Source of the DNA: Thalia democratica
Lineage: Eukaryota
Reading direction: 5' to 3'
Assembly (NCBI GenBank): GCA_965202585.1
Contig: OZ241827.1
Span: 2,418,001 to 2,482,000, forward strand
Length of the DNA: 64,000 nt
Of this stretch, positions 12,901-25,449 are shown piece after piece (position 1 is the first letter of the stretch; the number at the start of each line of letters is the position of its first letter). The translations under genes were made by a program, and so were the position numbers. Under the pieces are notes generated by a model. The model searched no databases. It worked only from the letters and a program-made list of their open reading frames with translations, and was not told the origin of the DNA.

Positions 12901-15900
12901 ATTAAGAGATTTTTTTCTAACTTTACTATTGAATTTAAAAAAATATCAATCATTTTTTATCATAAAATTAATTTTAAATACAATAAAAAAATGGTATTTA
13001 ATAAAAATTCCCATTTTAATACACATATTTTAATTTAATTCTAGTGGTAAGCAATTAATTATGACGTAATTAAAGAATTCCAAACATTTACTACTAGTAC
13101 TACTGCTAGTCAGTTTTCAGAGTAAATATTAAACTTAAATGTGTAAACTTTATACATGAATATGTGTTGTACCTATATCTGTTAAAAAGTTTTAAACTAA
13201 ATAACTTACAATTAAAACAATATTTTTAATAAAAAAATGGTGTTTACTATGATTTTTTAACACAGAAAAAATACAAATTTTAAAGCACAAACTTGAAAAA
13301 AGTGAATAAACCACAAGTTTATCACTGCTATGAAATAAGTGTCAAAAATATAAACAAAAAACTTATTGTCATATAACTAATAAAGTAATTTTTATTAACT
13401 TCAAATAACAGTTATTAACACTATATTTTCAAAATCTGACTAATTTTTAGTTTAATTTAAAACAAATGCAATATAACTTAAGTATATTAATATTTTTTAT
13501 AAAATTTAAAAGTTTCCAATAGTAATCAAACCTAGCTTTTATGATTGTAGTGTTGTTTTTCATTGGAGTAGCAAACGAACTAGAACTTTGAAGTCTCACT
13601 CTTTTAGAACTTGAATTAGATGTTCTTTTAAATGCTCTTTTTAAAACAATGTTCTTATCGACTTTAGTTTTGACTGTAAGAAAAATTAATAAAACAATTA
13701 ACTCTTATAATACTTTTTAGTTTTAGCTTGCAAGGAAACAGAACTTTTGAGCAATAAAATTACAGTAAGAATTAAAAAAACACTAAATAACTTTTCATTT
13801 TTAAGTTTCCTTACTAACAGAGAATTATAATTGCTATACTCAAGGGATTATACAAAGTTACAGCGTTTCAATTTTCTTAAAACAAAAACTATGATTTAAA
13901 ATCTAAGTAAAAAAATGTTGTTAGTTTTAGATAACTAAACTACTTAAAGCAAAAATACAAATCAAAATTATTTGTTTAGCAGTTTTCATCAAGCTAAAAT
14001 ACATGTAAAACTACTTTTTATTATAAATTTTAAAAACCAGTATGAACAGTTTTTTTCCAAATACAAAATTTCTACTTACTTGCTTTAGGATTTATAAACT
14101 TTCTAGTTGAGTTTTGGGGCTCACCAATTATATTTGATGGAACTGGAAAACGATTTGGAAGGTACCTGAATTAATGGTATACTTAAATTAAACATATAAA
14201 ATTAAGTGTGGTAAAACCTTATCTAATTTTTTATTTCATACTCTACCAAACTTTTGTAAATTCATGAACACAAATTAGTATATTTGCACTTGTAATTTAA
14301 AAAATAAAAGTTTGAGTGTAAAGGTTTAGATTGTATAAAATTATGATATGAAAAACTACTTGGACAACTTTAGAACCTGATTTTAAAAATATAAATTATT
14401 TTAAAGATAAAATTATAAAAATAAACACTTGATTTTATATGATATAACTATTTATTTTATAATATATAACAGCTAACCTTTTATTAGACAAATATCCATT
14501 CTTTGTAAATACTGATTTTCTGAATGCCTGACAAAAAAATTAAAGCTGTTAATCAATAAGAATGAAACAAGTATAATCATTGAAAACAAAACATATATAT
14601 TTTACTTACTTAATTTTACTCTATACTTAATAATAAAATGTATTACAAAGTAAAATTAATTTCTATGGCACATACTAAATTAAAATTTTATAAAACAATG
14701 CTAACTTGATTGTAAAAATTAGTAAAAAATGATAGAAAAATAATGTACTACTACACACAATAATGTTTTTTTTTTTCAAATACAAATTGGTCATTCCCTT
14801 TAAATATATTTCAATTTCAAATTATAGTAAAAAATGATCTTATCATTAAATTCACTCAAAATATCATAATAAAACACAATATTAAAAAAATGAACGTACT
14901 TTAAGTTAATTAATAATAAAATAGCAGAATTTTCAGAAAATAAAAACAAAAGTCTTTAGATGGTTTCAACTTAATAATATGTTTAATACAACTAACCCCA
15001 TTTCGATATTGATATCCTCTTTTGCTGTAATTTGTATAAGATCTTGTATTAAACTTATACAAATTGTTAGTACGTCTTGCTAACAGTCTATTGTAATTTG
15101 GTGTGCTTATTTTCTTTTTAAATACTTTGTAGGGATTTGTTGATATGTTCTTTCTATCACTTAATCTGCTTTTTAGTGACAATCTGATATAAAATGTTTC
15201 AAATAAGTTAAAAACAGGTATTTTCAATAGATTTATACATTTTCAACTTGATTATTCAAATACATGATCTGATGGTACATAGATTGAACTAAACTGAAAA
15301 ACATATGTAAACTTTAATCAATGTACCTTGGAATAAAACCCAATTTATATATATATATTTATTTATTTTCAAAAACCTCTTTATTTAATGTTTGGCAGAT
15401 TAATTTAAACACAATGCTCATATTAAAAGTTAATACCCTTACAACACAAAAAGCTTAAAAACATTAAAAAATCTTATATTTTTTAATATTTTTAAGTTTA
15501 TAAACAAACCTCTTTCTGTATGGAGTTGTGAAAGAACTATCAGGCAGTGAATATCGTGAATCAACACTCGATGTATCTGAAACATCTGTCACGGGCTTAT
15601 TCTGCAACTTGTATTTTGTACTAATTACTCTCACAGGAGGCTTGGGAACATTTGAGGTAGCAGACCATTTAAATCTGCTTGTTGAACCAATGGACTGTGC
15701 AGGTTTTGGCTTAGTTGATGGTTCAACAGGTTTTTCAACATTTAACTTGTTGCTAGGTGATTGCTTGGGGTATAGTTTAGTGGGAGTTGTGTATGTGGCA
15801 GTCTTGGTTGAAGCGGTGTCTATTGAAAGAGTTTTAGAGTTATCCAAAACAGCTGGCTTATCAACAGAACTGCTTCTACTAGTAGCATCAACTTTTTTAG

Positions 15901-18900
15901 ATGTGCCAACACTGTTGGTTGTATTGGAGCTGATTTTTCTTGCATCTTGCTTTTTCAAGCCATCTAACAATTCTTTTTCTTTTCTCTTGAACTCAAGTAA
16001 CTTCTGCTTCAATGCATACTGTTTCTTAAGATTCAGCAGTTCTAAAGCTTTTTCTTTGGAAACTTGTTGGTTTGTTTTGTTGGAATTTGAATTTTGTGAG
16101 CTTTCAACCACTGGCTTATTAACCAACTTTCTTTTAGAAATACTTGCTTTATTGCTGACAGTAGGTTCTATTCCAACTACAGTATTTGCTTTAGTAGTTC
16201 TTGCAAATGCACATTTGTTATTAACAGCAGATTTTACTAAAGAACTAGTAGTTTGTGACTTAACAGCAGAACTTTTAGTGCCTGGTGCTGTATAAATTGT
16301 TCTAGTTATGTTTACCATTTGAGAAGTTTTTGGGCTTCTTTTGGGTAGTAAAGTTTTTGAACAGTTTGTAGAATCATGAGCTGGCTTTTTGATGTGTTTG
16401 GCGTTTAAATTTCCAAATTGAGCTAAATCTTTAGTACTACTCTTGGTTTTTCCACTATTTTTGCAAGTTCTCTTACAACTTTTTGAAAGTATGCTGTTAC
16501 TATTTTGCTTGTTTTTCTCAGGTACCTTATTAGTAATGGATTTTGCAACATTTTCCAAATTTAAAGACTCAAAAGAAACATCTATACCAGGCTCTTTCTT
16601 GATGATTACTTTTTTGCTAGGCTTGACCTGAGACTTTTTCTTACACTTGGTTTTAGCCTTCTTACATACTTTACTGCAAGTACCAACTTTAGAGCTGAGA
16701 TTAGTACCAACTTTGGGGTTGAGACTTCTATAGTCAAAATCCATGCCCAATTTGTAAGGCTTCACCGATTTGTAATACTTATGATCATTATCAGGCTCTT
16801 TTTTGATGATAACCTTCTCAGAAGCAACAAGCGACTGCTTTGGAGACTTAATGCCATTCTTAGTTTGCTTTTTCATCTTTTTCTTACAGACATTTACACA
16901 TGACTTGGTTTTTGCGCCACTTTTCTGAGAATTTAAGCTATTTGATTTCAAATTTTTCCTAGCCAACAATCTCTCCGCTATTTCTTTTTCTTGGTCTAGT
17001 ACATTGTTGTTAGCACTGAATGTATTATGTAAGACTGATTTATCTTGGCAAGTGTAAGCATTTTTGATCTGTTCCTCAATGCTAACATGTACAACATCTT
17101 GGTCAGTTGAAACATTATTTATAAACCTTGAGCTTGCAGATGGGTCCACATTGAAATCATTTTGTTCATCATATCTGTATGGACTTGTAGATCTACTTCC
17201 TCTATGGGGATAACCAAGATTTTTTGTTCTATATAGACTATATGGACCATCTAAATTTGCTGCAGATGGATTATCATGCCTATTTGTTCCATAGGGGGTA
17301 TTAGATCTATTTGCTCTTGGATTAACAGATCTATTTGCATATGGACTTCCAGGACTGTATGCAGTATATTGACCATTAGGTATATTCGTCCTGTAGGGAC
17401 TATTGCGTGTATCAGCAGTTGGGCTTATTGATCTTGGACTGTTATTAAGTTCTTGTTCTTGAAATTTGTTGATATTCTCCATCAGTCTGTCCAAGTCTTC
17501 AGGATTTTCGTAAAACTTTGGGTTTATGTGAGTCGCATACTTTTTACTTTGATGTAACTTATCAATTAAATTATTTTGAGGTCTTTTCTGTTCAATTTGA
17601 GTTGCATACCTTCTGTTTTGAGGTCTTTCTCCAACTAAACTATTTTGAGGTCTATCCTCAATTTGAGTTACATACCTTATACTTTGGGGTCTTTCTTGAT
17701 CAATAAAATTATTAGGAGGTCTTTCTTCCTCAAAGTGAGTTGGATACCTTCTGCTTGGTATTTTGTCAATTAAATTACTTTGAGGTCTTTCTAAAGTGTG
17801 AGTGGCGTACCTTCTACTTTGAAGTCTTTCTTGCTCAATTAAATCATTTAGACGTCTTTCTTCAAATTGAGTTAAACACCTTCTGCTATAAGGTCTTTGT
17901 TCAACTAAATTATTTTGTGCTCTTTCTTCAATATTATTCACATAACATTGATTTTGAGGTGTTTGTTGTACAAATAAATTATTTAGGGGTTTCTTTTCAA
18001 TATGAGGCCCATACCCTCTATATGGAGGTCTTTCTACTTGTTCTTCAACTAAATCAATAACTTCTGTAGGTTCTGGATCTATTATCTCACCTTCTTCAGT
18101 GTCATCTTCTATCATGATAACGTCATCTGCTATCTAAATAAGTATAACAAAATTTTAACTCATACAGATGTTAATAACTTTGTACATAATCAAGATTATA
18201 CACTTATTACAGAAATTTCAAGTTACTATACAACCATAACTTTAAAGATATAAGCAATCAATGTCGGTGAGCTCAATTAGTTTTTTATATGAGGTGCAAA
18301 CTAGAATGGCAAATTTTTCAAATAATATATAATGAAACTTTATTTTGTGAGCTAAATCAAACTCCTAGTAAATTCAATATTTTGAGAACATTTGCAAAAA
18401 TCAAAGTTTTAGGTAAAAGTTTCAAAACAGTTTATCTTAATAACTAAATGTTTATCATTTAGTTTAAGGTTTGGTTGTAAAACAACCATATAAATTCAAT
18501 TTATCAATAAAAACTCAAGTTTGTTTTAAAATCAACTAGTTATACATTTTTACCATACGATATAAAATAAGAATTACCCAGTTTAGTACTTAAATAACAA
18601 ACTTGTATCAAAGATGTTTATTAGGGGCATAGAGGGGTTAAATTATTTTTTTTACAATATGATCTTATTTTATAGAGTTTTTACTTAGCTACAAGATACT
18701 TTTTACAGATTTTAAAAGTTCAAAATAATTTTTGAGATATAGTAGGTCAAAGTTGGAGGCAACAATAGGTTCCTTATTGGAGGCACAAACCAAAAATACA
18801 AATAACTAGAAATTATTAAAAATCTATCTTCTCCTACATTGAAAATCTATAACAAACTTATATCAAAGATGTTTATAAAAAGAACTTTTATTCTTGTTTA

Positions 18901-19813
18901 TCTACAACTAAATAGGATTATTATACTATATATCTTTATGCAATTACCTTTTAAAAATTTAAATACCCTACAAGCTACCAAGTTATTTAAATTTGTACAA
19001 AAATATTATACAACAGCTAATTAAATTATAACTGCTACTAATTAGCCTCAAAATTTATCATTCATAAAAAATTTAATTTATTATTTACAAATACTATTTT
19101 ATATTTTAAAAAGATTACAAAACTCACATGATTAGCATTTGAAGTTTGCATGTTTCTGTAAAATGATTAATTATTTAAAATTATTTATAATCTTCTAACC
19201 AAAATAAAATATTTTAAATAAAAATAAACTTATAGGTCTAAATATCATACTTTTTAAGATATTTTGTTGACTAAAAACAAAATATTAAATGAGTTGTCTC
19301 AAACAAAAACTTGATAATAAAACTGTTTCCATTTTAAGTTAAAAGTAATATTCAAACTTTATACAGAGCTTAAATTAAAAAAAAACTATTATTATATTAA
19401 GCAAACTATCAATGTAAATTTGGTAAGCTAAAATTCATAACTTACTTCAAATTAGTATTATGTATAGTTAGAATAAGCAGGATAGAAATGTCGCCAGTTC
19501 CTCAAAAAACTTTTTTTATTGAGTTAAAAAAAAATTAATTGTGATTTTGAATCACATATTTTAAAATAAGTAAGAAAAGCTTTTAAAAGAAGTAGTCTTA
19601 GTAAATACAACTAACAAAATCAAAACTAACTTTAGCGTAGTGTGTTAACTTTCTCTTCACTAAAATAGTTAATATATTTATAAAAAATAAAAAATCTGCA
19701 AAGTTTAAATGAAAGTGAAGGAATCATATTAATGAGTTAAAATATACTAAAAAAATATAAGTACAACATAATATAACACCAAGAATAGTCACCTCTTGCG
19801 AATCTACACACAT
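6952..19813 (-). CDS. ZC3H3: Multi-exon gene for a ZC3H3-type CCCH zinc-finger protein: long low-complexity N-terminus plus five tandem C3H1 fingers; 3' end not resolved
   Basis: Exons 19793-19813, 15510-18133, 14080-14165, 13532-13673, 12497-12574, 12011-12082, 9729-9786, 8969-9103, 8033-8118 and 6952-6990 all have GT-AG boundaries and matching phases. The joined translation gives RLAVKRSQ... followed by CTYFLKYGNCNRGSKCKYLH, CQKFLKGECDEKDCNDSH, CSFFLQGKCFKSTCNYLH, CQKFAETGKCELADQCPMLH and CPDFYKKGICMKHKCELIH, which is the ZC3H3 finger array layout. Confidence 0.88.
8033..8118 (-). CDS. ZC3H3: ZC3H3 exon: end of finger 4 and finger 5 (CPMLHLRVCPDFYKKGICMKHKCELIHK)
   Basis: atttcacag| acceptor, |gtaagt donor, 86 nt, phase 0 to 2. 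Confidence 0.92.
8969..9103 (-). CDS. ZC3H3: ZC3H3 exon: finger 3 and part of finger 4 (IPVCSFFLQGKCFKSTCNYLHVFLGPSAEVCQKFAETGKCELADQ)
   Basis: tttttatttcag| acceptor, |gtattt donor, 135 nt, phase 0 to 0. Confidence 0.92.
9729..9786 (-). CDS. ZC3H3: ZC3H3 exon: finger 2 (FLKGECDEKDCNDSHEKSK)
   Basis: ccaaacag| acceptor, |gtttat donor, 58 nt, phase 2 to 0. Confidence 0.88.
9900..11393. mobile_element. 1.5-kb non-autonomous DNA transposon, subfamily B, carrying a remnant ORF, in the intron between the ZC3H3 finger-1/2 exons
   Basis: Ends CATGGTTGCCAC / GTGGCAACCCTG, dense TTTCCTGAC subterminal repeats, perfect 6-bp TSD CATTAT. Internal 79-aa ORF at 10383-10622 (-). Confidence 0.9.
12011..12082 (-). 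CDS. ZC3H3: ZC3H3 exon: rest of finger 1 and start of finger 2 (YGNCNRGSKCKYLHDRTKRPICQK)
   Basis: aaatag| acceptor, |gttagc donor, 72 nt. Confidence 0.88.
12497..12574 (-). CDS. ZC3H3: ZC3H3 exon: pre-finger helix and start of finger 1 (LAVKRSQMTMRKKKIIKKTDCTYFLK)
   Basis: ttttatag| acceptor. The donor AA|gttttt is weak but is required by frame and completes CCCH finger 1. Confidence 0.75.
13532..13673 (-). CDS. ZC3H3: ZC3H3 internal exon (IKTKVDKNIVLKRAFK...TIIKAR)
   Basis: tttcttacag| acceptor, |gtttga donor, 142 nt, phase 1 to 2, open frame. Confidence 0.8.
14080..14165 (-). CDS. ZC3H3: ZC3H3 internal exon (YLPNRFPVPSNIIGEPQNSTRKFINPKA)
   Basis: ttcag| acceptor, |gtaagt donor, 86 nt, phase 2 to 1, open frame. 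Confidence 0.8.
15510..18133 (-). CDS. ZC3H3: ZC3H3 giant 2.6-kb exon (low-complexity, repeat-containing N-terminal region)
   Basis: Corresponds to the provided 883-aa ORF. Acceptor tatttag|ATAGCA at 18133 is in frame with the ORF; donor AGAAAGAG|gtttgt at 15510 is phase 2. Confidence 0.85.
19793..19813 (-). CDS. ZC3H3: Probable first coding exon of ZC3H3 (MCVDSQE)
   Basis: ATG at 19813, 21 nt, phase-0 donor GAG|gtgact, which matches the phase-0 acceptor at 18133. Confidence 0.45.
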
Positions 19814-20194
19814 TGTGTCCTTAGCAAAAGTGTAAAACTAAACATGAAGTAGCTATTATAATGGTTGCTTTTTTATAGTGATTATTTGATTAAAAATACT
19901 TCAGGGATCACTTCTGTTTTTTGTTTATAAAAATAAGTTTAATTTAAAAGTTGTAAAAAGTATGTGAAAAACTGTTTATGTGTATAGAAAGCATCTTTTC
20001 TACTTGCTTCTTTTTTTGATTAAACTTGCCTTGCATGGTATTAGAGTAAGACCGTTGGTAATGGAACAAATTAGCTAAAAATAAGAAATTTATGAAGTAA
20101 AAATGCAACTTTTGCCATAAATATGTGAGGAATTGAACATTCATTTTGTTTGAGTTCAAGGTATAAAAGGGGGCTAAGATACCTAAAATATAGA

Positions 20195-20572
20195 AAGGGT
20201 GGCCACTAGTTATTAGAAATTTTTTCTACGCTTTCCCAATTTATTCCAGGTTTTGAAAGAATACGGTTTTGGGTCTGTTTTTAGTTTAAAATTAAGCTTA
20301 AAATAAAAAATTGAGTTAAGTAGCATAACAACATTCAAAAGATATTGTAAAGCTATTTTAATTGTGTATAAAAAAATGTTGACGATGACAAAAAATTTTT
20401 GTTTATATGATAGATTTTTTGTTTAAAATAAAAATTTTACCACTTAATAAATTCCAGGTTTTATAGTGATTTTTGTTCAAAATTCTAGGTTTTTTTTTTT
20501 TTTCTCAAATTCCAGGTTTTTCAGCTTTATAGGCCTAAATTGTCAAATAACTTGAGTTTTGTGGCCACCCTG
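20195..20572. mobile_element. MITE, subfamily A
   Basis: Ends (A)AGGGTGGCCAC / GTGGCCACCCTG, body similar to 6325-6661, flanks TATAGA/CATAGA. Confidence 0.85.
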
Positions 20573-21489
20573 CATAGAATTCAATAAATTTCTTATAGAT
20601 GGCACAAACTAAAAAAACCAATTTATCAAAAGTCTAAACTCTTCTATAAATTTCAAAATGTTCTATTCAAGTTTCCTTCAAATACTCTTATCATTATTAT
20701 TATTAAAATTCTGTAAACCTGAAATTCAAAAATTTAGGCAAAAAATGTTTACATTATTAAAGACTTTTCAAATTGTTATTTTTTGGAAGTTCTAAAATGC
20801 GTAATTAAACAAAAAAGCGATGTTCATCGATTTTAAAGAGATGACTGTTATTTAACTTTGAAAAATACTTTCTATCAAAAAATCAAAATACATGTTTAAT
20901 AGGGTGCTTGTGCTTATAAATATGGAAACCTTTTTAAGTATTCAGCTGGATTTTTTTTACATTTGGAAAATACAACAAAAACATCCTGTGCAAAAGCTTT
21001 TTTGCACTTTATGATGAACTACAGAACATCTAGTGTAATTTTCAAATTATGGTCTTATGGCCCCTTTACCAATCTTGCAAATAAAGTCATGAGATTGAGT
21101 CACAAACATTAACTTATTTTAACTTGTGCACTAAAATAAACATAAATGAAATAAACCAACTCACCTAAACAACTATTTAAAAAGTTTATTTTTTGTTATT
21201 AATCATTTTGTATACACTAATTTTGATAAATAAATCAAAAATTTATAGCCTTACACATAATGATAATAAACAAATAAAAAGTTGAATTGAGTGTGTTTAT
21301 TTATTAGCATGCAAGTTTTTAATATGTTTTAACAATGGAATATAAACACGTTGGTCTAATTAATAAACTGTTATTGGTTCATTTAAATAAATTGTTATTT
21401 TAAATATTTTTCCAATTGTAAATTACACGTGAGAACTTGAGTTGAAGAAAATTTTGTGATACAAACAATTATTCAAAGTTAATTTTATA

Positions 21490-21780
21490 CAGGGTTGCCA
21501 AATACTTTTGAGAAATACCTTCCAGGTTTTCTGAGTTTTTTCCAAGTCTTTGGAAGTACAAGTTTTTGGGTCTAATTTTTTAATTAAAAATTAAGTTTAA
21601 GGTAAAACCTGTTTAAATAGTATAACAGCATTTAAACAATAATGTAAACTACTTATAAAATTTTTAAATAAAAAAATAATTTATATGATAACAAAAAAAT
21701 TTTATCTACATGATAAATTTTTTGTTTAATAAACTTTTAATAAATCTTAATAAAAGTTTAAGTTTTCATTTTTATTTCTT
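21490..21780. mobile_element. Truncated MITE, subfamily A (left TIR only; end approximate)
   Basis: CAGGGTTGCCA start and TTCCAGGTTTT motif, body similar to the other A copies; no right TIR seen. Confidence 0.7.
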
Positions 21781-22759
21781 TTAAATCAAAAAAAAACTTT
21801 GAAATTTGTTGGAGCATAAGGAGTTTAAAGTTGTCTAAAACATTTTATAACAAAATAAACAGTTTTTAAGGTTCAAAATTCAAAAACTTCCTAAAGTTGT
21901 ATACTACTCAAGTAAGATCAACTAATTTAGATTAATAATGAAATTTATTTTAGTGTTAGGTTGTACCAAGCATGCTTAAGTGTTGTCTTATTTTTAGCTT
22001 AACAGAACAATTAAACAACTTTTTATGCCGTAGCTTTTTTTTTAGTCAAAAACTTTCAACTTTTTTAGTTTTAATGTTAAAAAAGAACTGTAAATTCAAC
22101 AACTTTTTTCAATAATACAGCTCAAAATTATTCCTTTAAAAATTATATGCTAAATTTTGGCTGTATTTTTTTATGTTGTTTTAATATATAGAATAAACTT
22201 AGGATGGTTATACCTAGGAAATTACTAGTTAATATTTATTTAAAATTTAAAACAGTACCTCTTTTAAAATTTATTTATCAATATATACAAACTCACAAGT
22301 CTTATTGGTGGCCATGTAATACAATTGTATGAAAAATATTTAATAAATCCTGTAGAAATATTATAATATAATAAGTTTAACATATAAAGATACTAAGATT
22401 GTTTAACACTTTAAACTTAAAGTGGTAACATCAGTGGTTTTAGAAATACAAAACTAATTAATAGATGATAAACGGTTTAATTATAATACTATATGTAACT
22501 TTATAAAATAAATTATAAAAATTAGCTGTATCCATTTTATAATCTTTAAATAAACACAGAATTGGTAATTAAAGAACTTTTTTATATATTCTAAATAAAC
22601 ACATACCTCTGTTCATAAAACAGATATTTTCAATCACAGTGATCTACATAAGCAGTTGAAGAAACCTTATATTTATTAATAGATATATCTTGATTTTAGA
22701 TTATTATAATTAACTAATTACATACTATACTATGATAGTCATATAAAGAAAAGCTTGAA

Positions 22760-23644
22760 TCACAAAAGCAAGTTTTTCCTCTTCTTTTTCTTTTGAAACA
22801 ACTTGGACTTTTTTGGTGAACTGCTTATTTTTGAGGCTAATTTTTTCTTTTCAAGATGTGAATCTTCACTTTCAGATGTTACAAGTTCACTCTGTGAGTC
22901 TTCATCTAACAACTTTCTCTTTGGAGGCTGGGTATAATTTATTTTCTTTATGTAAGCTGAGTTGCTTTGTAATGACGATTGGCTTGAAATGTTTGGATTC
23001 AATTTGTTGTTTTGGTAGTCATTCAAAGCCTCTGAAACTCTGTTTGTAAATCCTGAGGTGCAAAAAGTTTCAAAGCAAAACTTTTGCATGGACTCTTTGT
23101 CTGTAGTAAGTTTACAGCTTTCTGTTGTAGGTTCTTCTTTTTCAGTAAATTTTGCTCCATTTTGTTTTATATCTAGTGATTCAGGGCATTTACTTTGAAT
23201 TATCTTTTTTAGTTTTTTATTCTCACTTAAAAGGTGATTTACAGTCAAAATAAGAGGACACAATAAAAAATTTGTATCAGTTTGAAACTCAAACTTCCAC
23301 TTAAAGGGGAAAACTTTAGAGAACTTGTTTGAAAAAATCAAAATTTTGCAAGAACTTCTATTTATATTTTTTTCATGAAATTCAAAAACAGTTTCAGCAT
23401 CATCAAAGCTGCCAACTAGATGTTCAACAATTGACTCAACAGAAGTTTTTAACCTCGGATTTACTTCACCATTTGTTTCTTCAATTTCTTTTACATTCAA
23501 AGTTGTGTAGTAAGTTTCTTTTATGTTGGTAATAGCAAAGCAATAACCTTCAGAAGTTTTGCTAAACTTTGCAAGCCAGGTTTTATCACAGTCCTTTATA
23601 GAGATTGGCTTCCAAGGCGTTTTGTTTTGAAACAAAGATTCCAT
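22760..23644 (-). CDS. NHEJ1: XLF / Cernunnos non-homologous end-joining factor, single coding exon, 294 aa from the first ATG
   Basis: N-terminal head motifs PWKPI..., WLAKF...GYCFAITN...EVNPRL, FPFKWKF and LLCPLI align by eye with XLF (PWAWL, LLAKV..QGYALLVSD, ELNKRL, LPFYWNF, LIRPLM). A disordered tail ends in the basic-hydrophobic Ku-binding-like motif KKKKRKNLLL. The provided ORF starts at TTG 23656; the first ATG is at 23644. Confidence 0.85.
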   Translation of the reverse strand: MESLFQNKTPWKPISIKDCDKTWLAKFSKTSEGYCFAITNIKETYYTTLNVKEIEETNGEVNPRLKTSVESIVEHLVGSFDDAETVFEFHEKNINRSSCKILIFSNKFSKVFPFKWKFEFQTDTNFLLCPLILTVNHLLSENKKLKKIIQSKCPESLDIKQNGAKFTEKEEPTTESCKLTTDKESMQKFCFETFCTSGFTNRVSEALNDYQNNKLNPNISSQSSLQSNSAYIKKINYTQPPKRKLLDEDSQSELVTSESEDSHLEKKKLASKISSSPKKSKLFQKKKKRKNLLL

Positions 23645-25086
23645 TGCAAATAACAAATAACTTCGTACTGAAGTATTTAATTATATCTTATATTTTTTTA
23701 GATTTTTATTCAAGTACTGAACTGACAGGGTCTTTGACTGAAACTTAGTTAAATAGAAAAATAAATAAAATCTTGAAAGAATCAAATTAGTATTTACTTA
23801 TAATGTGTAATAAAAATTTCAAATAAGATTTATCTTTAATTGACTTTTATATAATATACAAAATCTTTACTGTAATAGGTTTACCAAAAAAAAAGTGAAA
23901 CATAAACAAATTAATTTTCTTTAATAAAAATTAAATTTCTTAATATATCTATTTAAAATATAAATAGAGAACATTTGTAAACAACTAAAACATATTTTTA
24001 GCAACAATGACTATTTATAAAAAACTATATAATTAGAACATGCTATAAAACAAATGAAAAATAGTAAAGACAACAATAAAAAGTCTTAACTGGGCAAAAG
24101 TAATCTCATAATAAAAAGGGGTTCTAAACTTTAACTTCTACTTAAATTATTAATTCTGGGGTTCCTTTAAACCATATTTTTACTTAGTTATCTGTTACTA
24201 ACATTTCAATGTTGTGTTCTTATACTATCAATTTTAAATGTTAACTGTATTATGATTAGAAATCTTCTAAGTAAAATTACATCAAAATAATCCAGGATTC
24301 CCCAAAGTGAGCCATTTCAAAAATTTAAGGGGCCTTAAACTGCAAAGAAGCTAAAATTAAAGGGTGGGCTGAAGCCACTCATAAAATCATTAATAATCAT
24401 AATTTTTAAATAATAAAATCACTCAAATACTGTTAAACAATAAGTCAAAAAAAAGCCTGATATTTATAAAACAAAAATCCAAACTAGCCTGTGTTTTGCA
24501 AAATAGTTCAAACTGGCCTGAGTACAATCTAACCCACGGGTTAAGAAATTTGAAAACTGCCTGAGCTGTAATGAGCTGCTGCAAATTCCTTGTATTGTTC
24601 ATCGTTTGAATGTTGAATGTTAAGATAATATTTAGATATATTTGCTGTCATTGAAAAATGAGGCTTAAAACTAATGAAGCAATATTTCATCAAAACATAA
24701 CAGTTACATTTTGATGTGTTCAGTCAGTGTGGAGCTGATAGCAGGAGCTACTGTAACTAAGTTGAACTTATTTGTATTTGTTTGTTGTAGGTATTATATA
24801 GATAAAATATTTCAAATTGCATGTTAATTGCTTTAAATTATTTGAATTACATTTTAATGTTTAATAGTTTATTAAGCCTTTTACAATTTATTGCTAACTA
24901 AAAGTTTATTTAACTTTTAGTTAATTATTTTAACTCTTATTAAATTAATTTAAATAGCTGCCAGTTCTTATTTTTTTACAGTTTATTGCACTAACCTTAG
25001 TTTATTATTAAGTTTGCACTTTTGCCAAGTAATTTATAAAAGTATTAAAAGTAATTTATATTTTTAAATAGAGACTTTGTAATAGT

Positions 25087-25449
25087 CAGGGTTGCCACAC
25101 GTTTTTACCAATTTTTTTCCAGGTTTTCCACATTTCTTCTAGGTTTTTAAAAGTACACATTTATAGTTTAAACTTAAGTTTAAGGTAAGAAGCTGTGTTA
25201 AATAGTAAAAACATTGAAAAGATACTGTAAAGCTACTTTAAGTATGTTTTTTGATAGAAAAATATTTGATGATGACAAATTTTTTTTATATTATAGATAT
25301 TTTGAGACAAACGGAAACAACTACAAAATATGTGAAAATTGTTAAAATTCCAGGTCTTTTTAGCGGTTTTTTTCAAAATTTCTCAAATTCCAGGTTTTTT
25401 TGCCTAAATTGTCAAACTCTAGGTTTTTCCAGGTAAAGTGGCAACCCTG
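25087..25449. mobile_element. MITE, subfamily A
   Basis: Perfect TIR CAGGGTTGCCAC / GTGGCAACCCTG, perfect 6-bp TSD AATAGT. Confidence 0.92.

Noticed and set aside
14910-15227. 105-aa minus-strand ORF, and similar AT-rich ORFs at 5602, 18839, 19944, 33195, 40863, 41419, 44344, 47519-47835, 48737
   Set aside because: Low-complexity K/I/F/L/N composition typical of random AT-rich DNA; no recognisable domain or consistent splice context.
15528-16295. 255-aa plus-strand ORF
   Set aside because: It is the antisense shadow of the ZC3H3 giant exon; the Leu/Val/Phe-rich composition is what reverse-complemented Lys/Thr/Ser/Asn codons give.
17518-18060. Plus-strand repetitive ORFs (62 and 106 aa)
   Set aside because: Antisense to the coding tandem repeat of ZC3H3.
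22813-23532. Plus-strand ORFs of 78 and 67 aa
   Set aside because: Antisense to the XLF CDS.
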